From: Octopus sinensis
Lineage: Eukaryota
Assembly: GCF_006345805.1 (NCBI RefSeq)
Contig: NC_043002.1
Span: forward strand, 47,058,001-47,122,000
DNA: 64,000 nucleotides
Direction of reading: 5' to 3'
A program made the translations under genes and the position numbers. The notes beneath the pieces were generated by a model, which had not been told where the DNA came from, did no database searches, and worked only from the letters and a program-made list of their open reading frames with translations. Position 1 is the stretch's first letter. Every line of letters starts with the position of its first letter. Shown in pieces: positions 51,866 to 64,000 of the stretch.

Positions 51866-52472
51866 CCTACCAAAAATTCACAACGACTTCGAACTCACAA
51901 GAGTAAACAAGAGAGACAGAGACAGGCAGAAACAAGGAAAATGCCACTTGTATTTGAACACTATACAAATATTCTTTTAAAAAACTTTTCTTTTAATTTT
52001 TCCAAATTTAATTGTTTTCCAAACTTACAGTTGAAAAAGTCTCAATGACTGAAACCGGTACTGAAATGTTTTTTTATAAAATTATTTTAGCATTTTCTAT
52101 CTTGAACTTTTTTCCATATATATATATATATATATATATATACGACGACTTGGGTCTCAGCTGATACGATCAACGGAACAACTTGCTCGTAAAGTTAACT
52201 CCACAGACACGTGTACCCTTAACGTAGTTCTGAGGGAGATTCAGTGTGACACAGAATGTGACAAGGCTGGCCCTTTGAAATACAGGTACTACTCATTTTT
52301 GCCAGCTGAGTGGACTGGAGCAATGTGAAATAAAGTGTCTTGCTCAAGGACACAATGCGTTGCTGAGAATTGAATTTACGACCTGATGATCATGAGCGGA
52401 ATACCCTAACCACTAAGTCATGCGTCTTCACACACACACACAAAATTTAGTCATATTTCTACCCATCACCAG

Positions 52473-52579
52473 GAATCTGGAGGAGGAATATCAATGTGTT
52501 TTAAAGAAACGAATTTATCCTAACAACGTATGTAAAATGCCAGTTCAATGGGAGACAGATTACGAAAGCAACACTTGCG
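52473..52579 (+). CDS. Host gene exon 7 (NLEEEYQCVLKKRIYPNNVCKMPVQWETDYESNTC), type B, phase 2 to 1
   Basis: Acceptor catcaccag|G, donor G|GTAAGT; open 35 codons. Confidence 0.88.
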
Positions 52580-54038
52580 GTAAGTAGCATCTTTTTAAAG
52601 TAAAATTTAGAAAAGTACAGCGGTATTGTTTAATGAATACTGCTTAAGGATTCGTTCTCATTCATTCACTACACTATATCTGTTGTTCAATTTGAGAGAG
52701 CGAGAGAAAAAAAACAAGAAAAACATAAACAAAATTGGGTTTTAAGTTAATATAGCTGTCAGATTGTTAAATACAAAATTAGACTAGAAGTAAATGAAAT
52801 GCTTAAAATTCATGTCAAATGTGAGCTGGTGAAATTAATTGTGCATCAGATAAAATGCTTAGTGACATTTCTTCTGTATATTATGTTCTGAATTCAAATT
52901 TTACCGAGATGGACTTTTTTATTCGTTGGTTGTCGATAAAGTAAGTACTAAGGGTTGATGTGATCAAATTGCTCTCTCCCCTCAAAAAAGATGTACTGAG
53001 ATTACTATCCGAAAATATTAAGCTGAATACCAGGAGTGTCTATGTACTGAGGTTTGGCTATCTTTATGTTGACGAGAGGCAAGTAAAATCGGTGTTATAA
53101 ACGAATTGATTCTTCTTAACTCGCAGTATTGACTGACCGAGAATTCTCTGTATTCGTCTGGAACCTGATTGGTGGGAATTCAGGGCAAATCACCCCATAC
53201 GCCATGGCCTATATCAGGTTTTCGAATTCAAAGCATTCTTACAAAGTAAAGAAAGTTTCATAAGAAATTCATCTTCCAATCAGTTTTAAAAAAAAATTGT
53301 CCTGACTTTCAGATCATGAGAATATTATTGGGGTTAGATATAGAGTTTTCATTTCTAATGAATACTATTTTATTTAGTTTACATACGTATCACTATTATA
53401 TCCTGTAAATAAAATTAGTTATTGTTGTGATATAAGTTAAAAGATGCAGAATGATATCCATATTAAGGAAATATCATTTTTGATAAACAATAGTAATACC
53501 AATTTTATAACAAATTGTTTTTGCTTTGGCATAACTTCATCAGCGTGCATGTGTATTTTAGAACTTTATCGACAAATAAATGAACTCAATAAAGGACGGA
53601 ATTCTCCTTTGATAGACTTAATTTTGAATAATTTGTATAAGCTTTCATAATCTTCTAATAACCTAAGTCAGTTGGAAATTTACGAAGTATTTACTATTTA
53701 TTACTATTTAATCCAATATAGTTCCAATCCTGTAAGGACAAGTTTATTTTCAGTGCCTGCTCTGTATTTCTGTAAGATGTTTCATCAAAAGTATTTCATT
53801 CAATACCATATTGTCCTAACTTAGGAATGGTACTTTAGACCTAATATTTCATTATAGAAATGTTGCCTCTTCATGCTGCTGCTGTTGTTGTTGTTGCTGT
53901 TGTTGACCTTAGGCCAGTGCTAAAAAATATTTTTTTACTGAAAGTATGTTGCTTTTTCAAAGTTTATATGTTGCTAGGAAAGTATTAAAGTTAAGATGAA
54001 TTTCTGATGTGTAAATCCTTAATTCATACCAATTTCAG

Positions 54039-54102
54039 AACATCCTTGTTATAATATTTCAAAACCAAATTTGAGTCGTTTGCCAGATGAATATAAGTGC
54101 AA
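54039..54102 (+). CDS. Host gene exon 8 (EHPCYNISKPNLSRLPDEYKC-K), type A, phase 1 to 2
   Basis: Acceptor aatttcag|AA, donor AA|GTAAGT; N-I-S sequon. Confidence 0.85.
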
Positions 54103-54831
54103 GTAAGTAATTTTGGTTATGTAAGTATATTGATATTTTAATGTAATATTAAGCATAGAAAACATATTAGTGAATTAGGTGCCAATACAATATGAATAGA
54201 TATTATATTTTATATAATGAATTGTAGCTTCTCACTGCATTAATTATATATTAGGCTAGATGTTTGGGAAAATAACTGTTATTTATTATTGATATGAACA
54301 CAAGCAAAATATTAATATATCAAAAATGAAGAATAATAACTGTTATCAGCCATAGAAGGGTCCATTCTCATCAGAGAATCTTCACTTCGCAAGATGTATT
54401 TCTAAGTATGCTTCTGGCTAAGTGAAGGTAATTAAGTATTGAGGGAAACATTTTTCAAATTATTTCTATATGCTTACAACAACTGTGAACATTTCATTTT
54501 ATTCAAGTAAGTTAAGTTTATGAATGTGCTCCTTAAAAGGTAAAAAAAAAACATGTATATAAATGGCATTACAAGTGCAACTGATAAGCTTCACAGTAAA
54601 CAAAATATTGACTTCTTGAATAGGCTCAAATATATTGGGAAAAAAGTACAGTTGTATGAATCAAACCTTGTACATGTTTGTACTTGTCAGTTGCAGACAA
54701 ATGAAAACAAAGTTGATCTTCAAGGGATTTAGTAGATGACAATAAATACTGCCAGGACCTCTGTTTCTTCTAATTCGTTTTTGTAAGAGAAAATGTTAAA
54801 CTCTTACTTTAATTGCAATGTACTTTTTTAG

Positions 54832-54920
54832 AGCATTGAACTCGTATAAATCAAATTTAGACAGTTTGAATTGCAAGATGCCAGATGACATGGAAAAAGA
54901 ATATAAGTCTTCAAAATGCG
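54832..54920 (+). CDS. Host gene exon 9 (ALNSYKSNLDSLNCKMPDDMEKEYKSSKC), type B, phase 2 to 1
   Basis: Acceptor tacttttttag|A, donor G|GTAAGC; CKMP..Y....C is paralogous to exon 7. Confidence 0.88.
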
Positions 54921-55641
54921 GTAAGCCTCTAAACATTTAAATTATGTTCAGTAATTATATTTGATAATTGTTTAACTTATGTCTTATTCCCACAAGCTTC
55001 TAGCTGAAACCTCATCTTTCATTCCGTTTAGAAGCTCATTTTATAGTAATCTTCATGGAATATCATTATAGTCATATAGCATTAGTTATATTGAGCTTGT
55101 GTAGCACTTGTAAAAATTTAACAGTTCATTTGTCACAGAAGTCATGAATAATAGAAAACATCAAGTAAGAGGAAAGCATAAAATAATACGTAGTCTATAT
55201 TAGACATAAATTCTGGATGAAATCTCAAGTCTCTAAACTCTAAACTTAAAAATCACATTTCATGTGCAACTTAAAATGGTCCAATATTGAGTCCGGTCTG
55301 CTAAAAATGTTCGTTTTAAAAAGCTCTGTTGAGGAGTGAAAACCATCCAAATTTATAAAAAATGGATTAATTCCATCATTTACTTTATTCAAAATATTTT
55401 GCACTCTCTGGTTTGTCTCTGCTGTTAATGAGTTAAAGTTGATTAAATTTCTTTCCTGAGTTGACACAAGTTCACTTTAAGTCGTCCTCAAAACAAGGTC
55501 TTCCTGCCTTGTCTACAATGATATTAAAAATTACGGCAAAATTTATGAATATTGTGTTGGTGAATTGAGACTGTTCAGTCAATATGATCAGAACAGAAGT
55601 TTTAGAGAATTAGTCAGCTGGAAAAAAGAGTGAATGATGAA

Positions 55642-57195
55642 ATATCGAAAAGAACCTATGTAATTTACGCACTTTTTTTCCCCCAAGAACAAAAATAAAC
55701 TTTAGTGGGTGCGTAAGTTACATGAGTAGATCGTTTCCAGAATTTTTTAGAAATTTGTTTGTTGAAAAATGACGTACAAATGTAAACATTCGTACGGGAA
55801 GTTGACTAATTTAATGTCAGAATAGGTTTTCACAGAAAAAGATATAATGAAGTTGACTTTTATTTATGCTGGACGGTATAACGCTTACCTTTCTGTATAA
55901 ATTTACTAAAACCATTAAATAGTTAACTACTTTTTGAAATTTGACGTTCATTCGGGTAATCACGGTCCGGGCCATATTTTACATTGCTTGGAGTTTCTAC
56001 CTATCGCAATAGAGCCCAGCAATTTCCTAAGAAGTCTAGCTTGCGTTTGCCACCAGGAAGCTATTGTTCGCTTTCTGCGTGTTAGGACAATGAAATTCAT
56101 CACCAACGACATCACCGCAAGAGCTCTTACTGCATTTAACGCCGACGACAACATTATAATTCATCCTTGCGCATGTAAACTCACTAAATGAATATGACTT
56201 AGCATTCCTACAGAAACCGTCATTTACCTTATACGATGTTTAATGTCGTTTCACATTCATGTTGAATTATGCATCAGTCTTATGTTCTCTTCATAGAACT
56301 CTTGTAACGTATGTATTACCAGTTCTTTTGGTATAATATAGTTTTGCTATTCTTGTTTATGTCTCTTCACAGACGTGTATATTCTAACGAGTCGCTTCTT
56401 ACATTTTGCACCTCTCTTGTTCAATAAAACTGGGTTAAACTTGCAAAGCTGTTTATTTTCTCCTTTCGATTTTTAATGTTTTTTTTTAGCGGGTTACCAA
56501 AGTATCAGTTTGGTCTCCCGGCTAAAACGGTAATAACAAATTTTAAAGTTTGCTTGACATTTTATTAGTGTGAAAGGGATTAAAATGTCGATACTCCATA
56601 TCAAAGGTTCCGACAAGAATAGGCAGAAAATCAGAGCTTGAGACTAGAAGACACTTTCGACTAATCAGAATTCTGTTAGCATAATCAGTTTGATTGGTCA
56701 TCTTCCTCACACGGTTGAGTAAAGTGTCATCTAAGCTGATGTTTATTGGTAATTAAACTTATTTTGCAACACTTGTGAGTATTTGCTTTGCTTTTGTTGA
56801 TAAGAATTATCGACAAATTTTCTCCTGATCGTGATTTGAGAAGACATATAGAAGTATATTAAAGAATGGACATAATCTCTTGTAGGCAAGAAATGTAAAA
56901 TAAAGTTTATCATAAATAACTCAAACACTTCTTAATTTAATAGCTTTCAATGTGATACCTGTTAAACAGAGATTATTTTTATTTAATGAAAATTTAATAA
57001 AATCTAATCATAAATAGGTGAAATTATGCTAAATACAACTAAATTGAAAACCTTTTTCCCCTGGCCATATCAGCAATTCTGAAAACTTTTGGGTGCGAAT
57101 TTTACATGGGTTGAAGCTTTTTTAAACAATTTATATCCTGAAAATCACCTGCGTAAATTACACAGGTGTGCAAATTACATGGGTTTTTATGGTAG
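55642..57195. mobile_element. Possible old non-autonomous pogo/Tigger-type DNA transposon
   Basis: Degenerate TIR ta.c..aaa.a.cc.atgtaattt.c.cac at both ends, with subterminal gggtgcg.a.tt.cat repeats; no transposase recognised. Confidence 0.35.
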
Positions 57196-57491
57196 TCAAT
57201 TTTCTTATAATGATGAAATTGGAACTGAAAAATATTCTCACTAGCTGGTGAAGGCTTCTTTTATTAATTCTACAATGTTTCCTATTAAAACTGGCAGACA
57301 AACTATAATTTCTTATCACCAGATATAAAACCAATTTACACATAGAAGACAATATTCTAGTGATTCTACCTCAGTATACTATTTGTCCTTATTTATGGAC
57401 CTCTTAGAGGAAAGACACTCATTACAGCAATGAATTTAACTGGGGCCATAAATATATTAAATAACATATAAGCTTTATTTTATACTCATTA

Positions 57492-57720
57492 GTGGAGGCG
57501 CGTGGCTTAGTGGTTATGGTGTCAGCATCATGATCGTAAGATTGTGGTTTCGATTCCTGGACCAAGTGACGCGTTGTGTTCTTGAGTAAAACACTTCATT
57601 TCACGTTGGCAAAAATGAGTAATGCTGCGATAGACTGGCGTTCCGTCCAGCTGGGGAACACATACACCATTGAAATCGGGAAACCGGGCCCATGAGCCTG
57701 GCTAGGCTTTAAAAGGGCGC
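57492..57720 (+). mobile_element. tRNA-derived SINE (family 3) with CORE-like segment
   Basis: gtggaggcgcgtggcttagtgg...gtttcgattcc, then cgcgttgtgttcttgagtaaaacacttcatttcacg; related minus-strand copies at 37430-37740 and 52140-52435. Confidence 0.7.
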
Positions 57721-58226
57721 ATTTATTATTTATTATTATACTCAATACAAAGACCATATTACTTCTGAATTCAGTCTAAAGACCCTATACTTTTAGGATA
57801 AGTTTCAAATATAACAGTAGGATATCTAATGTAATATTGATGTTTCTTTTCAAGTGTATACTAGTGTACACTGCAAGAAAAATGAACTAACATCACTTGA
57901 CAATCAAAACTAGCTTATAGTTTTGACTTTGCCAGCAGTTTACCCTGATTTCTAAGAGTTGCACATTTTAAACCAGAAAGAAATTCTGATCTATAGGAAA
58001 TTGTTCCCACTGTAGATTAAAGTGGTGTTGTTACTGTTGCAATTTTTTATACTGTTTTCCTGCTGTGTTGTTCAAATTATTCCATTTCACATACAACTGA
58101 TGAATGTAGAGATGTCATATTTTTATGATTCCTGTCTTTAAAACAGTCTTGTTATTGCTTGTACAGTCTTATTTGTTTCATGTTAACAAATATGTTATTT
58201 CTATATTCTTTTTTCTATAAACGCAG

Positions 58227-58299
58227 ACACTTATTGCAACAGAGAGAAAAAGTGCATTATAACGATATCTTACGGAGATAGCAGAAAATTAAATTGCCA
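58227..58299 (+). CDS. Host gene exon 10 (DTYCNREKKCIITISYGDSRKLNC-H), type A, phase 1 to 2
   Basis: Acceptor ttttttctataaacgcag|AC, donor CA|GTATGT. Confidence 0.85.
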
Positions 58300-60019
58300 G
58301 TATGTATTTAAATTTTTGTTATAAGTTTATTTTATAAAGTATTTCACATGAAACTGGCTAATATAGGTAAACATGTATAATTTATGAGAATAAAATCCAC
58401 ATTGCTGCACAATTCCAGTTTGCTCAGATAGTGTATCTGCAATAGCAACCTTTAATGGCATTTCCTTTAAATACTCAGAACACCAGCTAAATTTTATTCA
58501 AAGCATACCACAAAAGTGAAATTGTGTGTTGTTTTCAATCATTTCTTTTAAGTTTAACTTCAATAAAAGGGAGACCAGCATCTATAGCTCCTTCAAGTCT
58601 GCTTGTACTGGATAATCAGGAAATTTAGAAGTGAGATTTGTAAAGTTAATGTAAAAGTTGAACTTTCAAATGTTAATAGCAGTAGAGAAAATTTAAGAGA
58701 GAGAGAGAGAGAGAGAGATTCCATTACATGCTCAAATAAAGTGTACAATTTTAATAGCTTAATTAACACAAAAGTCAATTCATTGAGTGGTAGTTGAGTG
58801 GCAGTGCTAGGTTAAAAAAATAGAAACTGAGGTCAAGCAAGGCTAAAGGAAAAATAGAGAAATTTGTTATAGTAGTAACATTGAAAACAAAGACAAGACA
58901 AAAATGATAGCTTTGGCTAAAGAGATGTTTCAAAGCATGTCCTCCAGATCCTGATTAAGTAGGAAACAATATCGAGGCATTTGAATTTAGTTATTTTGGT
59001 AAATCTGCCATATATTTAGTGAAGGTCCAGAAAAGGTACAATTTGAACAAACAAGGAGTTCCTAGGTGAGTTGCAACTTTTGCATAGTTTGTTGTGAGTT
59101 ATGTGTTTGATATTGTAGTCTGTTAAACTGATGAGCGGCATATGTAGATAGCAGAGAGGTTTAACTCTTTTGTTACCTTAAATCTGTTGAAATACATAAC
59201 CTTTGTTTGGAAAAAATTTTTAAATAATGAAGAATTTTGTAAAATGACTTTGTCATTGAAAGTAAAAAAGAGAGAAAACAGAAAGCTTCTGACAAAGCGG
59301 GAAGTTTTATAAAACCTTTATATTTCATGCACAAAGGCCCATCTTCAGAAAAAAACAGTCTAGGAAATGTCCAGTTATGCAGGTTCCATTAATCCATTCA
59401 ATTCCCCTAACGTTATTTAGCAACAGCAGTTACTTTCCAAACATAAGTGTAACTGATGTTCCACTACTGCTGCTGCTACATCACACTTGGGGATTTGAAT
59501 GGGTTAACGGAGCTTGCATAACTGTTTTTTTCCTGAAGATGAGTCTTTGCACCTGAAATATAAAGGTTTTATAAAACATTCTGCATTGTCAAAAACTTAC
59601 CTATTTTCTCTTTTTTTACCTTCTGCAATATTACAATGCTTCAAGCAAACTATAAAACTCTTATAACTTTGTCATTATGTTAACTAGAGTTGGGAATATA
59701 AATTAACACAAAATTTTGACGAGAGGTTTAAATTTAGATGACTTTAGAACACAAATTTTGTAACATAAAACCAAGTGCAGTTTACACTACATCATATCAT
59801 TAATATTAAAATCCTAGTTAGCAATCTATAATATAATCTGCTGATATAGTCTACAGACACAAATATATCAACAACATAATGAAATATACGCAAACTATGG
59901 AATGGAGTTGAAGACATCATCTTTTGTAGACATAACACTTTTTGTTGATATCTAAATATTTTAATTTTAGTGTGTTGCACACACATTTATGTATGTGCAC
60001 ATGTACATTTATATATATA

Positions 60020-60345
60020 TAAGACACCCGTGCCGGTGACACGTAAAAAGCACTATCCGAACGTGGCAGATACCAGCGCCGCCTGGCTGACGTCCGTATC
60101 AGTGACATGTAAAAGCACCAACCTATCATGGCGTTTGCCAGCCTGCTCTGGCCCCTGTGCCGGTGGCACGTAAAAAAACACCCACTACACTTACGGAGTG
60201 GTTGGCGTTAGGAAGGGCATCTAGCTGTAGAAACACAACCAAATCAGACTAGAGCCTGGATCAGCCTCCATGGCTTCCAGACCCCAGTCGAACCATCAAA
60301 CCCATGCTAGCGTGGAAAACGGACGTTAAATCATGATGATACATA
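60020..60345 (+). mobile_element. RTE-tailed SINE-like repeat with tandem ccgtgccggtg.cacgtaaaa units
   Basis: ggagtggttggcgttaggaagggcatc..ggacgttaaa..gatgat tail; second copy at 63395-63745. Confidence 0.75.
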
Positions 60346-60458
60346 GTTTGCTGCCACTTCAACATGGCTGTTCCACATAGAATTATGTTACTACTATTTT
60401 GATCCTGGAGGACATCTCCTCCAGCTATTTAATGGCACAATCTGTGTCCGATACTTTG

Positions 60459-60502
<44 letters not shown>

Positions 60503-60503
<1 letters not shown>

Positions 60504-61401
60504 TAGCATTATGACCCGTCGTTGCCGGGTCATAGTGCTAGTGCATGTATATATGTGTATATATATGTGCACATATTACATGTACATCTATATATATACA
60601 TGTACACATAAAATACAAAATACAAAGTTATTATCTTGATATCGCTAGTGATAACAATACTCAAAATATATAGCAGACTGGTATTGTAAGCCCGTCTCTT
60701 GCAATTTCAATCAATTGTATCTTGTTCTCCCTCTTGTATAGAAGATATGATATTGATATGGGCTCGCTCTAGGCAAGAAGTTGAACATTCTTTTTGCCCA
60801 TGAAACTACATGGACTCTAAGTAAGGCATGTGTAAAATTTGAATAAAATTGGTTGTGTAGTTCTCAAGTATCAGGGAATCGTAGTGGAGAAGATATGATA
60901 TTGCTGTGGGCTCGCCCTAGGCAAAAAGTTAAAATTTTTTTTTGCCGATGACACTCCCCGGACTTTAAGTAAGGCATATGTAAAACCACTGATTCAAGTT
61001 CAAGTCATTGATGCAATTTTATACCAATTGCTATATTTTTACTTTTGTTATGTTACGATAATATTATACTTTAGTTTGATTTTAATTATTACTTACTACT
61101 TATAATTCAATTGTTATTATTATTTTTATTGTTAAAGTGAAAGTATCTGACATAAAATAGAGAAACGTTTTTGTTTCACTTTTAACACGTAATACTGAAA
61201 TAGTGGAGAAGATATGATCTTGCTATGGGCTCGCTCTAGGCAAGAAGTTGAACATTTTTTTTGCCCATGAAACTACATGGATCCTAAGTAAGGTATGTGT
61301 AAAATTTGAATGGAATTGGTTGTGTAGTTTTCAAGTTTTAGGGAAACACACAGACAGACAGACAGATAGACGGACACACATTCTCAGTTTTATATATATA
61401 A

Positions 61402-61404
<3 letters not shown>
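60503..61404 (-). mobile_element. Non-autonomous Helitron with three internal ~130-bp direct repeats
   Basis: Minus strand A|TC start at 61404, hairpin + CTAG|T end at 60503; repeat agaagatatgat.ttg.tatgggctcgc at ~60740, 60888, 61206. Confidence 0.75.
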
Positions 61405-61438
<34 letters not shown>

Positions 61439-61516
61439 TGTATGGATGTGTGTGTGTATGTGTGTGTGTGTGTATACATGCACATAAACATTCACACATC
61501 TACACATACATATAGT

Positions 61517-61552
<36 letters not shown>

Positions 61553-61754
61553 CATCAAAGTGTACACACATATCAATATACATATATCTGCCCTATCAGT
61601 AAATATAAATGTGGTATTACACAAATATAAGTGGTTTAACTTATTATTTCTAGCAATATATGTGATCGTAGCACATATAGCCACAATTACTGATGATTAA
61701 ATTTTGCGTACATGATTTATACTGCACCCAGCTGCTTACGTTAATTATAAGTGA

Positions 61755-62137
61755 TCTCTCTCTATATAAACGGCAGTTTGTCTGTGCGTGTTTCTGTGTG
61801 TCTGTTTGCTTGTACCCTCACCCTGACCACGGCTTTCAACCGATTCTGATGAAACTTGACACACACATAGCCCAATGTCATAATTCAAAACTAACGCAGC
61901 GAAAATTTTGAAAAGTTCACCCAGTTCTGAAAAATATCGCTAAATTCGACATGGGGTCGAGAATCAGAAACACAAACCACAAACTGTCTAGGGGACGCAA
62001 CTCCACCTTTTTTAACTCTCAAAAAAATTTACCATCATTTTTTTCCATTTTTTTGCTATTTTTTGGCTATAACTCTCTACAAATGCTTTATAGTTATTTC
62101 CCTTACAAACCTGAGCAACGCCGGGCGATACTGCTAG
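61755..62137 (+). mobile_element. Non-autonomous Helitron
   Basis: A|TC 5' end, subterminal hairpin cctgagcaacgccggg, CTAG|T 3' end, no TSD; terminus matches 5145-5173. Confidence 0.85.
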
Positions 62138-62245
62138 TTATCTATAAAAATATTTTAGAAGCTGACCAGAAATATATTTTATCAATCAGTAGCTGCAATA
62201 ATTGTTTACTTTTGGTTAACATATCAAGCTTTTACTCTGTTACAG

Positions 62246-62334
62246 TGGATTATCAGTTGGCATTAAGTGCTTGGAGACTGCTAAATGTCCTGTATCACAG
62301 TATATCCATGATGCTTATGCTTTTTATGGGTGTG
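62246..62334 (+). CDS. Host gene exon 11 (GLSVGIKCLETAKCPVSQYIHDAYAFYGC-G), type B, phase 2 to 1; gene continues beyond the window
   Basis: Acceptor ttttactctgttacag|T, donor G|GTAAGT; C-x5-C-x14-C as in exon 5. Confidence 0.88.
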
Positions 62335-63394
62335 GTAAGTATTTCCTTTTTCATTTTAATTTTATTATTTCTCAACAAAAATATTGTTTAAACAATGTAA
62401 ACATGTTTAATGTTCTATTTTTATTTTCCACTCTTTGGAACGACCTAAAATTATGATTCAAGTAAGTCACTAATACTGGTTTCAAATTGTGGCACAAAGC
62501 TAGCTATTTTAGGGAGGGTTTAAGTCAATTACACTGACCCCAGTGTTCCACTGGTACTTATTTTATCAACCCTGAAAGGATAAATGGTAAAGTTGACATC
62601 AGGAGGATTTGAATTCAGAATGTAAAAACGGGTAAAATATCATTAAGCATTTTGCTTAGCTTGTTAATGATTCTGTCAGCTCGCTGCCCTAAATATGTTA
62701 CTAATATTATCAGAAAGTAGAAGACAGGCAAGCTGGTAGAATCCTTAACATGCTAGGCAAAATGCTTAGCAGTATTTCGTCTGTCTTTACATTCTGAGTT
62801 TAAATAGTGCCGAGGTTGACTTTGCCTTTTACTCTTTCAGGGTCAGTAAAATAAGTACCAGTTGAGTACTAGGGTCATGTAATCGATTTATCCCTTCCCT
62901 GATATTGCTGGCTTTGTGCAAAATTTGAAACCAATATTGACAGGAAGTACAAGGTGACAAGCTGGTAGAATCGTTACCATGCCAGGCAAAATGCTTAACT
63001 GCATTTCATCCAACTTGAATGTTCTTACATTCAAATTCTGCCTTGGTTGACATTTCCTTTCTTCCTTGTGTGTGTGCGCGTGTGTGTGTGCATGTGTGCG
63101 TGTGCGTGTGTGAGTGTGTGCGTGCGTGCGCGCGCGCGTGTGTGTGTTTTTGTCTATGTTTGCCCCTACCATCGCTTGACAATTGGTGTCCCAGTAACTT
63201 GGTGGTTCAACAAAAGAACCCAATATAATAAATAACAGGCTTAGAAAATGAAATAAGTAATGGGAGTGATTTGTTTGACTAAACTTCTTCAAGATGGTGC
63301 CCCAGCATAGCTGCAGTCTAATGACTGAAACAAGCAAAACATAAAGATATTTTATTTTGCACTGAATCCACTAGTGCCCCCTTGTAGATTATGC

Positions 63395-63745
63395 TTCGTC
63401 CGTGCCGGTGGCATCCGTGTCGGTGGCACGTAAAAGACACCATTCGAGCGTGATCGTTACCAGCATCACCTTACTAGCACCTGTGCCGGTAGCATGTGTA
63501 AAAGATTCAAGCAAGGTCGTTGCCAGTACCGCCTGACTGGCCCCGTGCCGGTGACACGTAAAAGCACCCACTACACTCTCGGAGTGGTTGGCGTTAGGAA
63601 GGGCATCAAGCCGTAGAAACTCTGCTAGATCAAGATTGAAGCCTGGTGCAGCCATCTGGTTCGCCAGCCCTCAGTCAATCGTCCAACCCATGCTAGCATG
63701 GAAAGTAGACGTTAAACAATGATGACGATGATGGTGATGATGTAT
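63395..63745 (+). mobile_element. RTE-tailed SINE-like repeat, second copy
   Basis: Same motifs as 60020-60345; (GAT)n-like tail. Confidence 0.75.
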
Positions 63746-64000
63746 TTTGAAGAATAATTATATAAAATTTTGCATTATATGTAGTTAAAGCTTTAACCCC
63801 TTAAGATTCAGGTGAGTCTGCCAAATATAATGCTTATATATTCATTATGTTTTCTGTTAGTCATGCTTTATCTTGTAGTTTTGAGATTTTGATGATGTGA
63901 TCGTTTATTTTTAGAATGGTCTTGTAGAGCAGTTGTGGCCAGTTTGAACATATAATAGGTAGAATGTTTGGGCCAGATATGGCCAGTTTAAATGCTGAGG

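Noticed and set aside
59020-59066. Segment with a strong donor AG|GTGAGT in intron 10
   Set aside because: The phase compatible with exon 10 ends in TAG just before the donor, and there are no cysteines; exon 10 joins 62246 cleanly.
60740-61340. Three spaced direct repeats resembling an array
   Set aside because: Repeats are ~130 bp, irregular and internal to a Helitron; not CRISPR, and the context is eukaryotic.

Overview
AT-rich, microsatellite-dense animal genomic DNA. The tRNA-derived SINE families and Penelope/RTE/CR1/Helitron content point to a coleoid cephalopod, most likely Octopus (inference from repeat families). The long ORFs in the supplied track are almost all transposon- or microsatellite-derived. 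The main host feature is invisible to that track: a + strand spliced gene of at least 11 small coding exons (14860-62334, running off the window). All ten junctions are GT-AG and phase-compatible, giving an open ~299-aa secreted-type protein made of five tandem two-exon cysteine modules. Paired cysteine losses in modules 1 and 4 suggest C1-C5/C2-C4/C3-C6 disulfides. Its introns and upstream region hold: an intact 305-aa Merlin (IS1016/IS1595-like) transposase ORF; a young CR1-type LINE with two small frameshifts; several Penelope-like remnants; type I hammerhead ribozyme motifs, including a textbook minimal one in a 352-bp retrozyme-like tandem unit; several long fold-back palindromes; a probable 4.4-kb inversion bounded by ~337-bp inverted duplications; and Helitron, mariner, Tc1, RTE, Tx1 and RLE-LINE fragments. 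No rRNA, bona fide tRNA gene or CRISPR array was found. All alignments and identities are by eye.
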